From: a virus
Reading direction: 5' to 3' (one strand)
IMG/VR virus record: IMGVR_UViG_3300037454_000146
Span: 1 to 64,000 of that record
Length of the DNA stretch: 64,000 nucleotides
Part shown: piece after piece, positions 50,799 to 59,314 of the stretch
How positions within the stretch are numbered: position 1 is the first letter of the stretch
How the letters are laid out: each line of letters starts with the position of its first letter
The notes under the pieces: generated by a model
What the model saw: the letters and a program-made list of their open reading frames with translations, nothing else
Databases searched by the model: none
Told to the model about the DNA's origin: nothing
Position numbers and translations under genes: made by a program

Positions 50799-51251
50799 AT
50801 GATTACAGGTCACTTCTATTTTCTCAAGCCAGAATATACACAACAATTTGCAAATCCAAAGTTTATGAATAACAATGAACATAACCGCCCGTATTTCTGT
50901 GCCTTTACAGAGGATAGCCACATCTTTTGGCTTGTGCCGATTTCCTCTAAAGTGGATAAATTTGAACGTATTTACAACAATAAAGTTGGTCGTTATGGTA
51001 AGTGTGACACCATTGATTTCTGCCACATCCTCGGCAGAAAGAAAGCGGTTTTAATCCAGAATATGTGTCCTGTAACACAAGAGTTTATTTTGAATGAGTA
51101 TAACGATCCGCATGGTAAGCCAGTACAACTTTGTGAGAAAGTGCGCAAGCGCATTACTCATAAAGCAAAGAAAGTCCTCGTTCTTCACCGCAAAGGCGTT
51201 GACCTGTTGTTTGGGGACGTTCTAAAAATTAAAAAAGAATTATCAAAATAG
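50799..51251 (+). CDS. type III toxin, ToxN/AbiQ-family endoribonuclease (putative)
   Basis: FYFLKPEYTQQF...NRPYFCAF...IFWLVPISSKVDKF...AVLIQNMCPV parallels the ToxN/AbiQ features FY...Y...L..FD, RPY, YFAPLSSPK, N.NNMIPV. 150 aa. Preceded by repeats and a hairpin. Confidence 0.65.
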   Translation: MITGHFYFLKPEYTQQFANPKFMNNNEHNRPYFCAFTEDSHIFWLVPISSKVDKFERIYNNKVGRYGKCDTIDFCHILGRKKAVLIQNMCPVTQEFILNEYNDPHGKPVQLCEKVRKRITHKAKKVLVLHRKGVDLLFGDVLKIKKELSK

Positions 51252-51308
51252 TTGAATATCGTACCCCTAATTCCATTCACTGAGACTGAATTATGAGGTG
51301 ATGAAAAA

Positions 51309-51413
51309 ATGAGTTTTGTTTATAAACCCGTACACGTTAGAGCATATTATCGTATACGTTACGGCGCACTGGAATATGTGCGTGAACACTATCGCTCATA
51401 TCCCATAAGATAA
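51309..51413 (+). CDS. possible 34-aa basic peptide
   Basis: MSFVYKPVHVRAYYRIRYGALEYVREHYRSYPIR after GAGGTGA. Bracketed by a 17-bp long-range inverted repeat. Confidence 0.3.
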   Translation: MSFVYKPVHVRAYYRIRYGALEYVREHYRSYPIR

Positions 51414-51848
51414 TGGGAGTTCACCAGTAATTTGGTCAGGATTCAAACTCTTTAATCCAGTGGACGGAACTAAGGGTACGATTTTTCTGCTTTCTCCACG
51501 CTTGCAGTAGCGCAAAACAATAGGGGAGAATCCTCTTTGAAACCAACGCATTTCTGCGCCTATGGACTATATCTTTGTGGTGTTACGCCACAGCTTCTTT
51601 TAGTCTCTGAACCTTCCCTTGCGGGCTTGGCTGCTGATTAACCGTTAAACAACCTTTAGCTTTTGAGCATGGGTTATCCGCATAATTTTTTCTGCTTTCG
51701 CAACATTCACGCTTGCAACCAGTGGTTGCTACGTTGTAGTCTACGCGGCTTTGGGTACTTCCAGCAATTAAAAAGCTCATTTGTGAGGGACGTATCACCC
51801 CGCAACAATTTCGTAACAATGCGAGGTTAGGCATATTCGGTTAGGTTT

Positions 51849-54362
51849 ACCTATCCCTTTGAAGCTGCCGACAGCGGCGAGCCCTGTAAGTAAAGTCGGG
51901 AGTGTCCCGAACTTGTCGATGATTTTTGTCAGTATCTCTAAAAACTCTTTGGCGGTGTCTACCACGCCCTTAATAAAGTCGCTACCTACGACCGTCTGAG
52001 CGAGGTCTTGGTATGCCGCCTTTAAGCTGTCAATAGAATACTGAATCGACTTCGCGTATTCTTCTTGCTCGCGACGTGCAGAGCCCGCAGAACCCTCGGC
52101 GGTCTTGTAAACCTTTTCAAGCAACTCGCCGTTTTCGAGGATTGCCGCACCTATATTCGACTGACGTTTGCCAAATAGCTGCTCAAGAACTGAGCTTCGC
52201 GAGAGGTCATCAAGTTGACCCCACACCTTAGAGATTTCGAGAAGAATCTGATATGTTGATTTATATGTTGTGTCGTCAAGCTGAATGTCTACGCCTGTAA
52301 GCGCAAGCATCTGCTGTCTGAGCTTCGATATATTTTCAGCCGCACCCTCTGCATCCTCACCAATCTGTTCAAGCTCTGTCTTGGTTGAACGGAGACGAAG
52401 TGATACGGTTTTGATGCCCTGTCCGACAGTGGTCGGGTCTTGGGCGACAGTGTTTGCCGTGGTGATAAGCGCTATACTTTCGCTCAGAGTGTTATTTCCA
52501 GCCGCTAACGCGGAAGCAGAGCGTTTGAGAGCCTCACCTATACCACCAGAAGATATTGCGAAGTTATTGCCGACTTCGTTAAATTTGTCTACAATTTCTA
52601 TCGAGTTCTGCGCCTCTATATTAAAGGCTTTCATCGTAGACACTAAATCTTCTGCCGCTTGTGTTTCAGTTATGCCGTCGCCGACATTCTGATAAAGTAT
52701 CGCAACCTTACCGAGCTCCTCCGCGTCGGGCAAAGATTCACCCAGTCGTGCAAAGGTGCTTGTGGCGTTGATTACGTCGGTTATGCTCGCACCGAGCTCT
52801 TTGGCGGTATTGCCCGCAGACTTCTGAAATTTTCTGAAATCTTCTTCGGTCGCTTCAGTAACCTTGCGAAGTTCAACCATTGCCGTGTCAAGCGCCGTTA
52901 CCTCGTTTACCATATCTCTAATCTGCCTCTTGACAAAATTAAAGACCATATTCGCGGTAATGTAGCTCGACATTAGTTTGAATGAATTTAAGAATTTACC
53001 CCAAGCACTTTCACCTTTGAGTCCTGCGGCTTCAGCCTCTTTACCAAAGATGCGGAACTCCTCGCCAAGATGTTTAACTTCACTCGCGCTCAAATCCGCG
53101 CCTTTCGCCATACGAGATGTCAAGTCCGCCCACTTGGAGGCGAAAGTTGTGCCGTCAGACATTTGCTTGGTAGAATCTATGGCTCTCTTATTAGCAGAAG
53201 CATACGCTTGCATATCTGCTGAGAGTTTCTTAATCTTATTAGATAAAGAAGTTTCTCGACTAAGAGCCTTTTCTTCCTTTTGAGCCGCCTTTAAACCATT
53301 GGTAATATCTTGAATGGCTTGGCTTACTTCTCCATATTTCTTACTCCATTCTAAGCCACGACCAGATTCACTTTCAATCCGCTGCAACTCTACGAGATTT
53401 TTACTTGCATTTGCAAGATTGTCACCCAAAGACGATTTCGCGGACTCATCTGATAGAGCATCTATATCTTTTCTTAACGCATTAAGCGTATTATCAAAAT
53501 TTTTAGCTTTGTTAATTGCGTTATCAAATATATTAAAGGAACTTCCAGTCGATTTTAGCGACGTTCCGATATTAGCCGCAGCCGTCTTGAGATTATCAAG
53601 TGCCTTCTGTGCGGATTCCACAGAGCCAACGCCAGACTCTAAATCAATAATGGCGTTACGAGCTGTGGTCAGCGGCTCAATTAAACCACTTTCGATTGAT
53701 TTGTGGCTTGCCTCGAAATTAGCAAGCTCTTTACTTAGTCTTGCTAAATCTTGCTGTATTTTGCCAACGCCCTTGTCAGAATAAGAACCACCAATATACT
53801 CAAACTTTTGACCAGTAGAATCAAGCAAGAAATTAAGTTCTCTAACCTCGCCAGAAGCAGCCTGTATTCTCGCAATTATCTTATTTATACTATCCGCCGA
53901 CTCTTGATCGTTATATTTGCCTGTAACGGTAACAGTACCCAATGATGATAGGCGACTTTGTATTGTAGCCATTGTACGCTCGGCGTTGATTATCCCGTCT
54001 GCATTTGTCGCAACCTTAAACGGCTCAACAAACCTACTATCTAAATCCGCAAGCGTTTTCTTTAAAGTGAGAACTTTGTTTGTTACAGTTTCGACACTCT
54101 TAGCAACATTCTCGATGTTTTGCGCCGATTGTCCAGTACCAGCCTGTATTTCTATTTTGGGAATATCTATTTTCAGTTTTTTAGATATTTCGCTAACTTG
54201 ATTTTGCAGAGTAGCCAAACTGTTTGTGTCGAGACTACAAGCTATTGATAATGCTTTGTTGGCATCCAATCGCTTTTTAACTTCTTCTAAATCTTTTTCA
54301 ATTGTACTGACGGTCTTGGGTATGTCCAAACTCGCCACTATTTCAATTCTGTTATCGTCCAT
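51849..54362 (-). CDS. tail tape measure protein, exon 1 (838 codons)
   Basis: TP901-type TMP core FAISSGGIGEALKRSASALAAGNNTLSESIALITTANTVAQDPTTVGQGIKTVSLRLR. The tracked ORF runs 18 codons into the intron before a stop. Confidence 0.75.
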
Positions 54363-54379
54363 TTCATCACCACTCTTTC

Positions 54380-54868
54380 TTAATACCAGTCAGATATATC
54401 TACATCCCATGAAACTGTTACGCCCCAACGGTTGCTTGCATTGAATTTTTGCACTCCTTTGCTAATATAATCATATCCGTCAAAACGTCTAAATCTATCT
54501 TCTTCGCCAGTATAACCATGCCAACACCAACCGTTTAGCATAAGCACATTAACTGGACTTCTATGGTCTTTGTTAAAGTTCCACGCCCACACATTGTTGC
54601 TAAATTTGAGGGACAACTTAATACGGTTGTCCTTTATTCTTGCCTGTATGAAATCTTCGGCGTATAGCGCAGTCCGCAGGTTTGCACCATCAGGTCTGCG
54701 CTTATAATAACTTGGGCTGTAACTGTCATACATGAAGTCAATCTCGTCTTGTATACAGTCATAAAGATAATCCACAGCTTCTTTGAGATTTTGCTCTACC
54801 GTTTTACCATTAGCAAGTTTTGCCTTTTTAATAACTATGCGTTTAAGCTGTTCTGCAATAGAAGCCAT
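54380..54868 (-). CDS. hypothetical protein (position of a tail chaperone)
   Basis: 162-aa ORF with its own GAGGAG RBS just upstream of the TMP. Confidence 0.45.
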   Translation of the reverse strand: MASIAEQLKRIVIKKAKLANGKTVEQNLKEAVDYLYDCIQDEIDFMYDSYSPSYYKRRPDGANLRTALYAEDFIQARIKDNRIKLSLKFSNNVWAWNFNKDHRSPVNVLMLNGWCWHGYTGEEDRFRRFDGYDYISKGVQKFNASNRWGVTVSWDVDISDWY

Positions 54869-54880
54869 GTCATCATCTCC

Positions 54881-55426
54881 TCACTTCTTTTTAGTTTTCT
54901 TTACGCTTTGTTCTACAACAGCCTCTACAAACTCCTGCTTGTCTACCTTGTCGAGCTTTTCAAGCACTTCCTTAATATCGGCAAGATTCTGTGTGTTATC
55001 CGTATTAATTATTGCCGATAAGTCAGCACAAAGCTTGTCAAATGAGGTCTGCCTTGTTGCTATGATATAGTCAATCTGCCTGTCAATCGCAGACTCCACT
55101 TCGCCCCAAACAGGCAACTTCACAACGTCGGCTTCAATCTGCGAATACCAGTTGCCGCCCTGCGTTGTCTTGAATATCTCGTTTACATCAGCATCTTCAG
55201 GCTCAATGTCGGTCATGTACTTGATGATAGAGTAGCGACGAGCTATCTCGCGATTTTCTGCGTGATATTCACCGTCCACGAATGAGGACTGCGCTACAGT
55301 CTGCACGATTGACGCAAATGTGTCTACGTCAAGATAGGTCTTGATTGTGACAGGTGCGCTATTAATGCGCTTGGTTGTGTTCTTGAGGGCAAAGTTCTTG
55401 CCGATAACGTCTGTAAGTTTACTCAT
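54881..55426 (-). CDS. hypothetical protein (position of a tail chaperone)
   Basis: 181-aa acidic ORF upstream of the TMP. Confidence 0.45.
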   Translation of the reverse strand: MSKLTDVIGKNFALKNTTKRINSAPVTIKTYLDVDTFASIVQTVAQSSFVDGEYHAENREIARRYSIIKYMTDIEPEDADVNEIFKTTQGGNWYSQIEADVVKLPVWGEVESAIDRQIDYIIATRQTSFDKLCADLSAIINTDNTQNLADIKEVLEKLDKVDKQEFVEAVVEQSVKKTKKK

Positions 55427-55490
55427 GTTAAAATCTCCTTTTTATTAGTTTACTTTCTCGCTTATATCCGTGTTGAAATAAGCACAAAAG

Positions 55491-56033
55491 TTAGATTTGA
55501 GTCTCAACTGCATATCGCCCGATAGCGATAGCGTCAGATACGTCGTCTACTTGTATATCAAGATTATAATAATCGTTTACTTTCTGCCTTATATCTTCTT
55601 TTCGTTCTGGTCGCTTTACACCTCTGCCGTATTTGCCCCACGCCGTTATCCACTTTGATTCCTCTATAATGGTATACTTAACATTGTGTTTGTGGGCAAT
55701 GTGTGCTATGAAGCCTTGCAGTCTTGCAAGCGACCTAAACCCTTTCGGATTTGCATTTTCAAATATTTCCTCAAACCATATCTCGTCAGGCTTGAACTTC
55801 TCAATAAGCTTTTCGAGTTGGTCTGTTATCGCCGTTATTCGGAGTAGAGTAGTGCCATAATCCGCTTCGGGCATAATAATACTGATAAGGTGCGGTTCTT
55901 CTTCTACTCGCAACTCATCAGCTCGTTTACTCATTTTTGGTTTTATTAGGCAATAATCTTTTAGCTTGCCATTAACAAAAAAGCCAGCCCCCGTTGCGGA
56001 AGTTGACTGGTCTATGCTCAAAACTCGTTTCAT
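55491..56033 (-). CDS. RuvC-like Holliday junction resolvase
   Basis: ATG 56033 after AGGAGG. LSIDQSTSATG (Asp 1), IWFEEIF (Glu), DVSDAIAIG (Asp), as in lactococcal-phage RuvC-type resolvases. Confidence 0.65.
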   Translation of the reverse strand: MKRVLSIDQSTSATGAGFFVNGKLKDYCLIKPKMSKRADELRVEEEPHLISIIMPEADYGTTLLRITAITDQLEKLIEKFKPDEIWFEEIFENANPKGFRSLARLQGFIAHIAHKHNVKYTIIEESKWITAWGKYGRGVKRPERKEDIRQKVNDYYNLDIQVDDVSDAIAIGRYAVETQI

Positions 56034-56075
56034 ATTTCCTCCTATAAAAAAGCACACCCGAAGGTGCGCTGTAAA

Positions 56076-57167
56076 TTATTCTGCGTATTTCCAGATGCAA
56101 TTGGCATATATTTCTTTCTTATTCTGACAACATAGTGACACATAATAAGAATTATATCCATTTTGTTTTATTTCTGAGAGCGATGCATATTGATTTAATA
56201 AAACATTATTCATATCATATTGCTCATATTTAATAGCGTTCTGTTGCGATTGCAATTCTTGATAATATAAACGGTCATTCTCCAAATTTTCGGTCGATTC
56301 ATTTTCGTATCTCCACACATAACCAAAAGCAGTATCAACCATTCTCCTACAACAAGACGAAATCAGCGATCTGTTTGTATAACCAGTTTTATCTTCAATT
56401 TCTCTAATTGAATTAAAACTACAAATTAGATTCATACCCATATCGTATTGATTAATTTTTAATCTTTGAGCCTTTTCATTAGCATAATCCAAGCGTTTTT
56501 GTAACAACTCATCAGAATAATCTTCCTCTTTAATCCATATAAATCCTTTATAAGAACGCTTAATACCACTTGCTACCGCTGACACACAGCTATGAATATA
56601 GCCATCTTGTTCAGCCTCTGTCAATGAATTGTATTTATGAAGTATTTCTCCACTATCTTTATCTATTTTATATATAGGACGAATACAACGTTCTTTATTT
56701 CTTTCAGCAATTCCCGTATTATCTTTTGTATAATCAGTTCTTTTCTTTCGAGTGCCAGAAGCCCAAGATTCTTTTTGAGCTTTTCTCATATTATTACAAG
56801 CATCAGCAGGAATTGGAACTCCCAAATGAGCCATTGATTGCCTAAGTCGTGTTTCCTCAGTAATTTCTTTATTTAAATTTCCGCCTTTTTCAATATTAAA
56901 TCCTCTTTTAAGATTTGTAGAATCGTAAAAAGCAATTAATTCAATTTCTTTTGTTTCAGCTTCTTCTTTTGATAAATTATCATACAATATCTCCGAAACT
57001 ATACAATCCCATCCGTTTTTTAATATGAATCTGAAGAAGTGAATATTGTCTTTATACCCTCGACCTCTATCAAACCTTCTTTTCGGGTTTTTCTGACAAG
57101 TGACTCCGATATATACTCGACCATCTGGGACAGTGTGTTTATACACTTTATATTTCTTTTCTTCCAT
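56076..57167 (-). CDS. GIY-YIG homing endonuclease with NUMOD/IENR1-type DNA-binding repeats
   Basis: KVYKHTVPDGRVYIGVT...R...GY...EAETKEIELI...N...GG (GIY-YIG core), ETRLRQSMAHLG (NUMOD3-like), and three YxSxxEaxxxGY...V......K..Y....W repeats. Confidence 0.8.
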   Translation of the reverse strand: MEEKKYKVYKHTVPDGRVYIGVTCQKNPKRRFDRGRGYKDNIHFFRFILKNGWDCIVSEILYDNLSKEEAETKEIELIAFYDSTNLKRGFNIEKGGNLNKEITEETRLRQSMAHLGVPIPADACNNMRKAQKESWASGTRKKRTDYTKDNTGIAERNKERCIRPIYKIDKDSGEILHKYNSLTEAEQDGYIHSCVSAVASGIKRSYKGFIWIKEEDYSDELLQKRLDYANEKAQRLKINQYDMGMNLICSFNSIREIEDKTGYTNRSLISSCCRRMVDTAFGYVWRYENESTENLENDRLYYQELQSQQNAIKYEQYDMNNVLLNQYASLSEIKQNGYNSYYVSLCCQNKKEIYANCIWKYAE

Positions 57168-57232
57168 ACAAACCTCTCTTCACTCTCATTAGTTGCTCTG
57201 TGTGGATATAAAAATATCCATAACTTTTCCTA

Positions 57233-57266
57233 ATTATATTATACCACTAATTTTATGCTCTGTCAA
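57233..57266 (-). promoter_or_regulatory. sigma-A type promoter P6 (TTGACA-17-TGgTATAAT) on the minus strand
   Basis: The reverse complement reads CCCCTTGACAGAGCATAAAATTAGTGGTATAATATAA. Same family as P1-P5. Upstream of the GIY-YIG gene. Confidence 0.7.
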
Positions 57267-57321
57267 GGGGTTTATAAAAATTAGGGGTAAGTTTCTGTAA
57301 AGTCACTTACCCCTTTCTTAA

Positions 57322-57648
57322 TCAATCATTATAAAGCTTTGATTTCTTTGTCTTTTTAAGCACCGTCTTTTCCTCATTAGATTTCTCGACAGTTAAAATA
57401 TCCTTAATTTGCTCGGCAATACTCGGTTTTAAATTGCTTAAATCACTATCGGCTGTAATGCCAAGATTTTCAAAAGCAATACGAGCATCATCCTTACCAT
57501 ATAACTTGGAGTTATACTGTTCAATTATCATATAAATTTGATAGTGTTCATGCGTGTCAGTATAAAACTTCCACGCATGAGTACCAGCACATGAAGGACA
57601 ATATGAATATTTCTCACCGCAAATTAAGCATTTTGTGAGATTAGCCAT
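57322..57648 (-). CDS. zinc-binding hypothetical protein
   Basis: CLICGEKYSYCPSC...H...H. 108 aa. Confidence 0.5.
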   Translation of the reverse strand: MANLTKCLICGEKYSYCPSCAGTHAWKFYTDTHEHYQIYMIIEQYNSKLYGKDDARIAFENLGITADSDLSNLKPSIAEQIKDILTVEKSNEEKTVLKKTKKSKLYND

Positions 57649-57662
57649 TATATGCCTCCTTA

Positions 57663-58529
57663 TTATTCGCCAGCCACAACCATTCTATAAAGCTCACGAT
57701 CCTCAGAGCAATAATCATAGCTACAAGTTAAGTTACAGTCAATATTCTGATCGAGTGCCATACCCAGAGTATAATTTGTCTGGAATTTTGCTGATGGGAA
57801 TATAAAGTATGCGTAAATAGGTGATGTCTTATCACAAACATCGTAACCTCTTACAAGAACCTTTACTACAGAAGCAACAGGGAACTCCTCTGCGGAGTTA
57901 ATAATCTGAATTGCATTAGCAGTATCATACTCATAAGTAATGAGGATAGATGAACCTTCATCATAATCTGCATTAAGAACAGTAATTGTATCTGCCGAAC
58001 CGCTACCCTTTGTGAATACAAATTCACCAGAAGAAGGTGTAGTCGTACCCTTTTCAAGCTTCTTTCTTGTTGAACCGTCTTTTGTCAGAAATGCAGCCGA
58101 TACCTTGTATACAGGAGTTCCAGCAGTACCACTATTTCTTACAGCCTGTGCAAGCGCGATAGTTGTAGTGGTTGTATCGATTGTAACCTTACCAGCGGTT
58201 GCAACAAGTTTTACTGTCTCAAATTTTGGAACAGCAATCTTGTCATCATTTGTTCCTCTTTCAACCTCTGATCCGTTCATGGCTGCCACTAATTCTAATG
58301 TCAACAGTGGAGTTGAAAATGAAACATTACAAGACTTGGCTCTCGAAATTGAGAATATAGTATTTCCTTGAGCGTCCGTCTTAGTATCTTCCTCTGCATC
58401 TACGTTAATCTGAAAATCAGCCACCTGATTCGTCATGAAAGCAAGTGATCCGTCGCTATTTTCACCGACTACATAAATGGCTCTTTCAGGCACGAATGTA
58501 GAGAGATCTGTGCTAAAAGCTACTGCCAT
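57663..58529 (-). CDS. putative major tail (tube) protein
   Basis: 288-aa Thr/Val-rich beta-type protein between head-completion genes and the TMP. Assigned by position only. Confidence 0.45.
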   Translation of the reverse strand: MAVAFSTDLSTFVPERAIYVVGENSDGSLAFMTNQVADFQINVDAEEDTKTDAQGNTIFSISRAKSCNVSFSTPLLTLELVAAMNGSEVERGTNDDKIAVPKFETVKLVATAGKVTIDTTTTTIALAQAVRNSGTAGTPVYKVSAAFLTKDGSTRKKLEKGTTTPSSGEFVFTKGSGSADTITVLNADYDEGSSILITYEYDTANAIQIINSAEEFPVASVVKVLVRGYDVCDKTSPIYAYFIFPSAKFQTNYTLGMALDQNIDCNLTCSYDYCSEDRELYRMVVAGE

Positions 58530-58549
58530 ATTATTACCACCTTTCTGTG

Positions 58550-59308
58550 TTAGTCAATTGGTTTTAGCCAATCTAATTCTTTCTTAATTTTGCTGTATTC
58601 AATACAGCCACTATATAAACCTTGATATAAATGATTTGCATTATCAATTATCGAGATACGTTTCAAACTATCAAAGAACGCATACACTTTCATATCCCAC
58701 ACTTTATCCCAACCATACTTGAAGTTTGGGTGGTTTACGAGAGCCGAAATGTATGGCAAGTAAGCCGAGTGAGTGCCTTTAAAAGCACGAAGTCTCTCTT
58801 GATATTTAGCGTCATTTCGAGCGTCAATTATCAACTGCTTCTTTGCAAAACCGCCTTTGACCTGTGTGTACTGAGGTTGTGGCATACCATGCATTTTGCG
58901 AATATACGCCGTCATTTCCTCAAAAATATCACTATTGAATTTGATGCCACTTTTATCAACCATACACAATTCGTTATCACACTCTACAGGAATAAAAGAT
59001 GAAAAGTCTAAATCACCGAATAAAGGAGATGTGTCTAACTTGTTATTCTCTTTATCCTTGTGGTTGGACAACATCATTGCAAATATGGTGAACATTTGAA
59101 AATTTGTTATCTCAGTATAATCAATTCCCATATCTTCTAATTGCGCACATCGGTCTATATTAGTTGCTGTGAATACTGAAATCATGGAGAGATATTCGCT
59201 CTCCCCATAATCACATATTTCGCCCAAAGTTGGGCATTTTATTTCAACACCGTTTGGCAACTTATAATTGTCGCCACGGTATAGTTTTAATTCGTCAATG
59301 TCTCGCAC
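58550..59308 (-). CDS. hypothetical protein
   Basis: GTG start after GAGGGGTGA. 252 aa. Confidence 0.45.
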   Translation of the reverse strand: MRDIDELKLYRGDNYKLPNGVEIKCPTLGEICDYGESEYLSMISVFTATNIDRCAQLEDMGIDYTEITNFQMFTIFAMMLSNHKDKENNKLDTSPLFGDLDFSSFIPVECDNELCMVDKSGIKFNSDIFEEMTAYIRKMHGMPQPQYTQVKGGFAKKQLIIDARNDAKYQERLRAFKGTHSAYLPYISALVNHPNFKYGWDKVWDMKVYAFFDSLKRISIIDNANHLYQGLYSGCIEYSKIKKELDWLKPID

Positions 59309-59314
59309 GAGAGA

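Larger units (their letters stand above)
49997..51848 (-). ncRNA. group I intron (1852 nt) in the tape measure gene
   Basis: Canonical P3-P7-P3'-P8-P7'-P9 order with GGUUCAGAGACUAAA and GAUAUAGUCC motifs. Guide sequence AACCGAAUAU-GCCUAACC pairs with both exon ends. U.G at the 5' splice site, G at the 3' end (see finding). Confidence 0.75.

Noticed and set aside
51583-51834. 83-aa minus-strand ORF.
   Set aside because: It lies entirely within the catalytic core of the intron (P3-P8), has no RBS, and has an odd Cys/Arg-rich composition.
46763-54362. Two independent tape-measure-like genes (855 aa and 1078 aa) separated by a moron island.
   Set aside because: The downstream ORF lacks an RBS and opens one codon after a TAA. 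The last 17 residues of the upstream ORF (KPNRICLTSHCYEIVAG) lie in sequence that folds as the P1/P2 region of a group I intron. The guide pairings join the two ORFs in frame. Still needs RNA evidence.
52285-54444. Chain of plus-strand ORFs antisense to TMP exon 1 (52285.., 52659.., 52978.., 53314.., 53751.., 53917.., 54226..).
   Set aside because: These are shadow ORFs typical of the antisense strand of Ala/Leu/Ser/Lys-rich coiled-coil genes. No RBSs, no promoters, low-complexity translations.
54380-55426. Programmed -1 frameshift between the two genes upstream of the tape measure (G/GT-type chaperones).
   Set aside because: The downstream ORF has its own GAGGAG RBS and ATG, 12 nt after the upstream stop. 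I saw no slippery heptamer with an overlapping extended frame.
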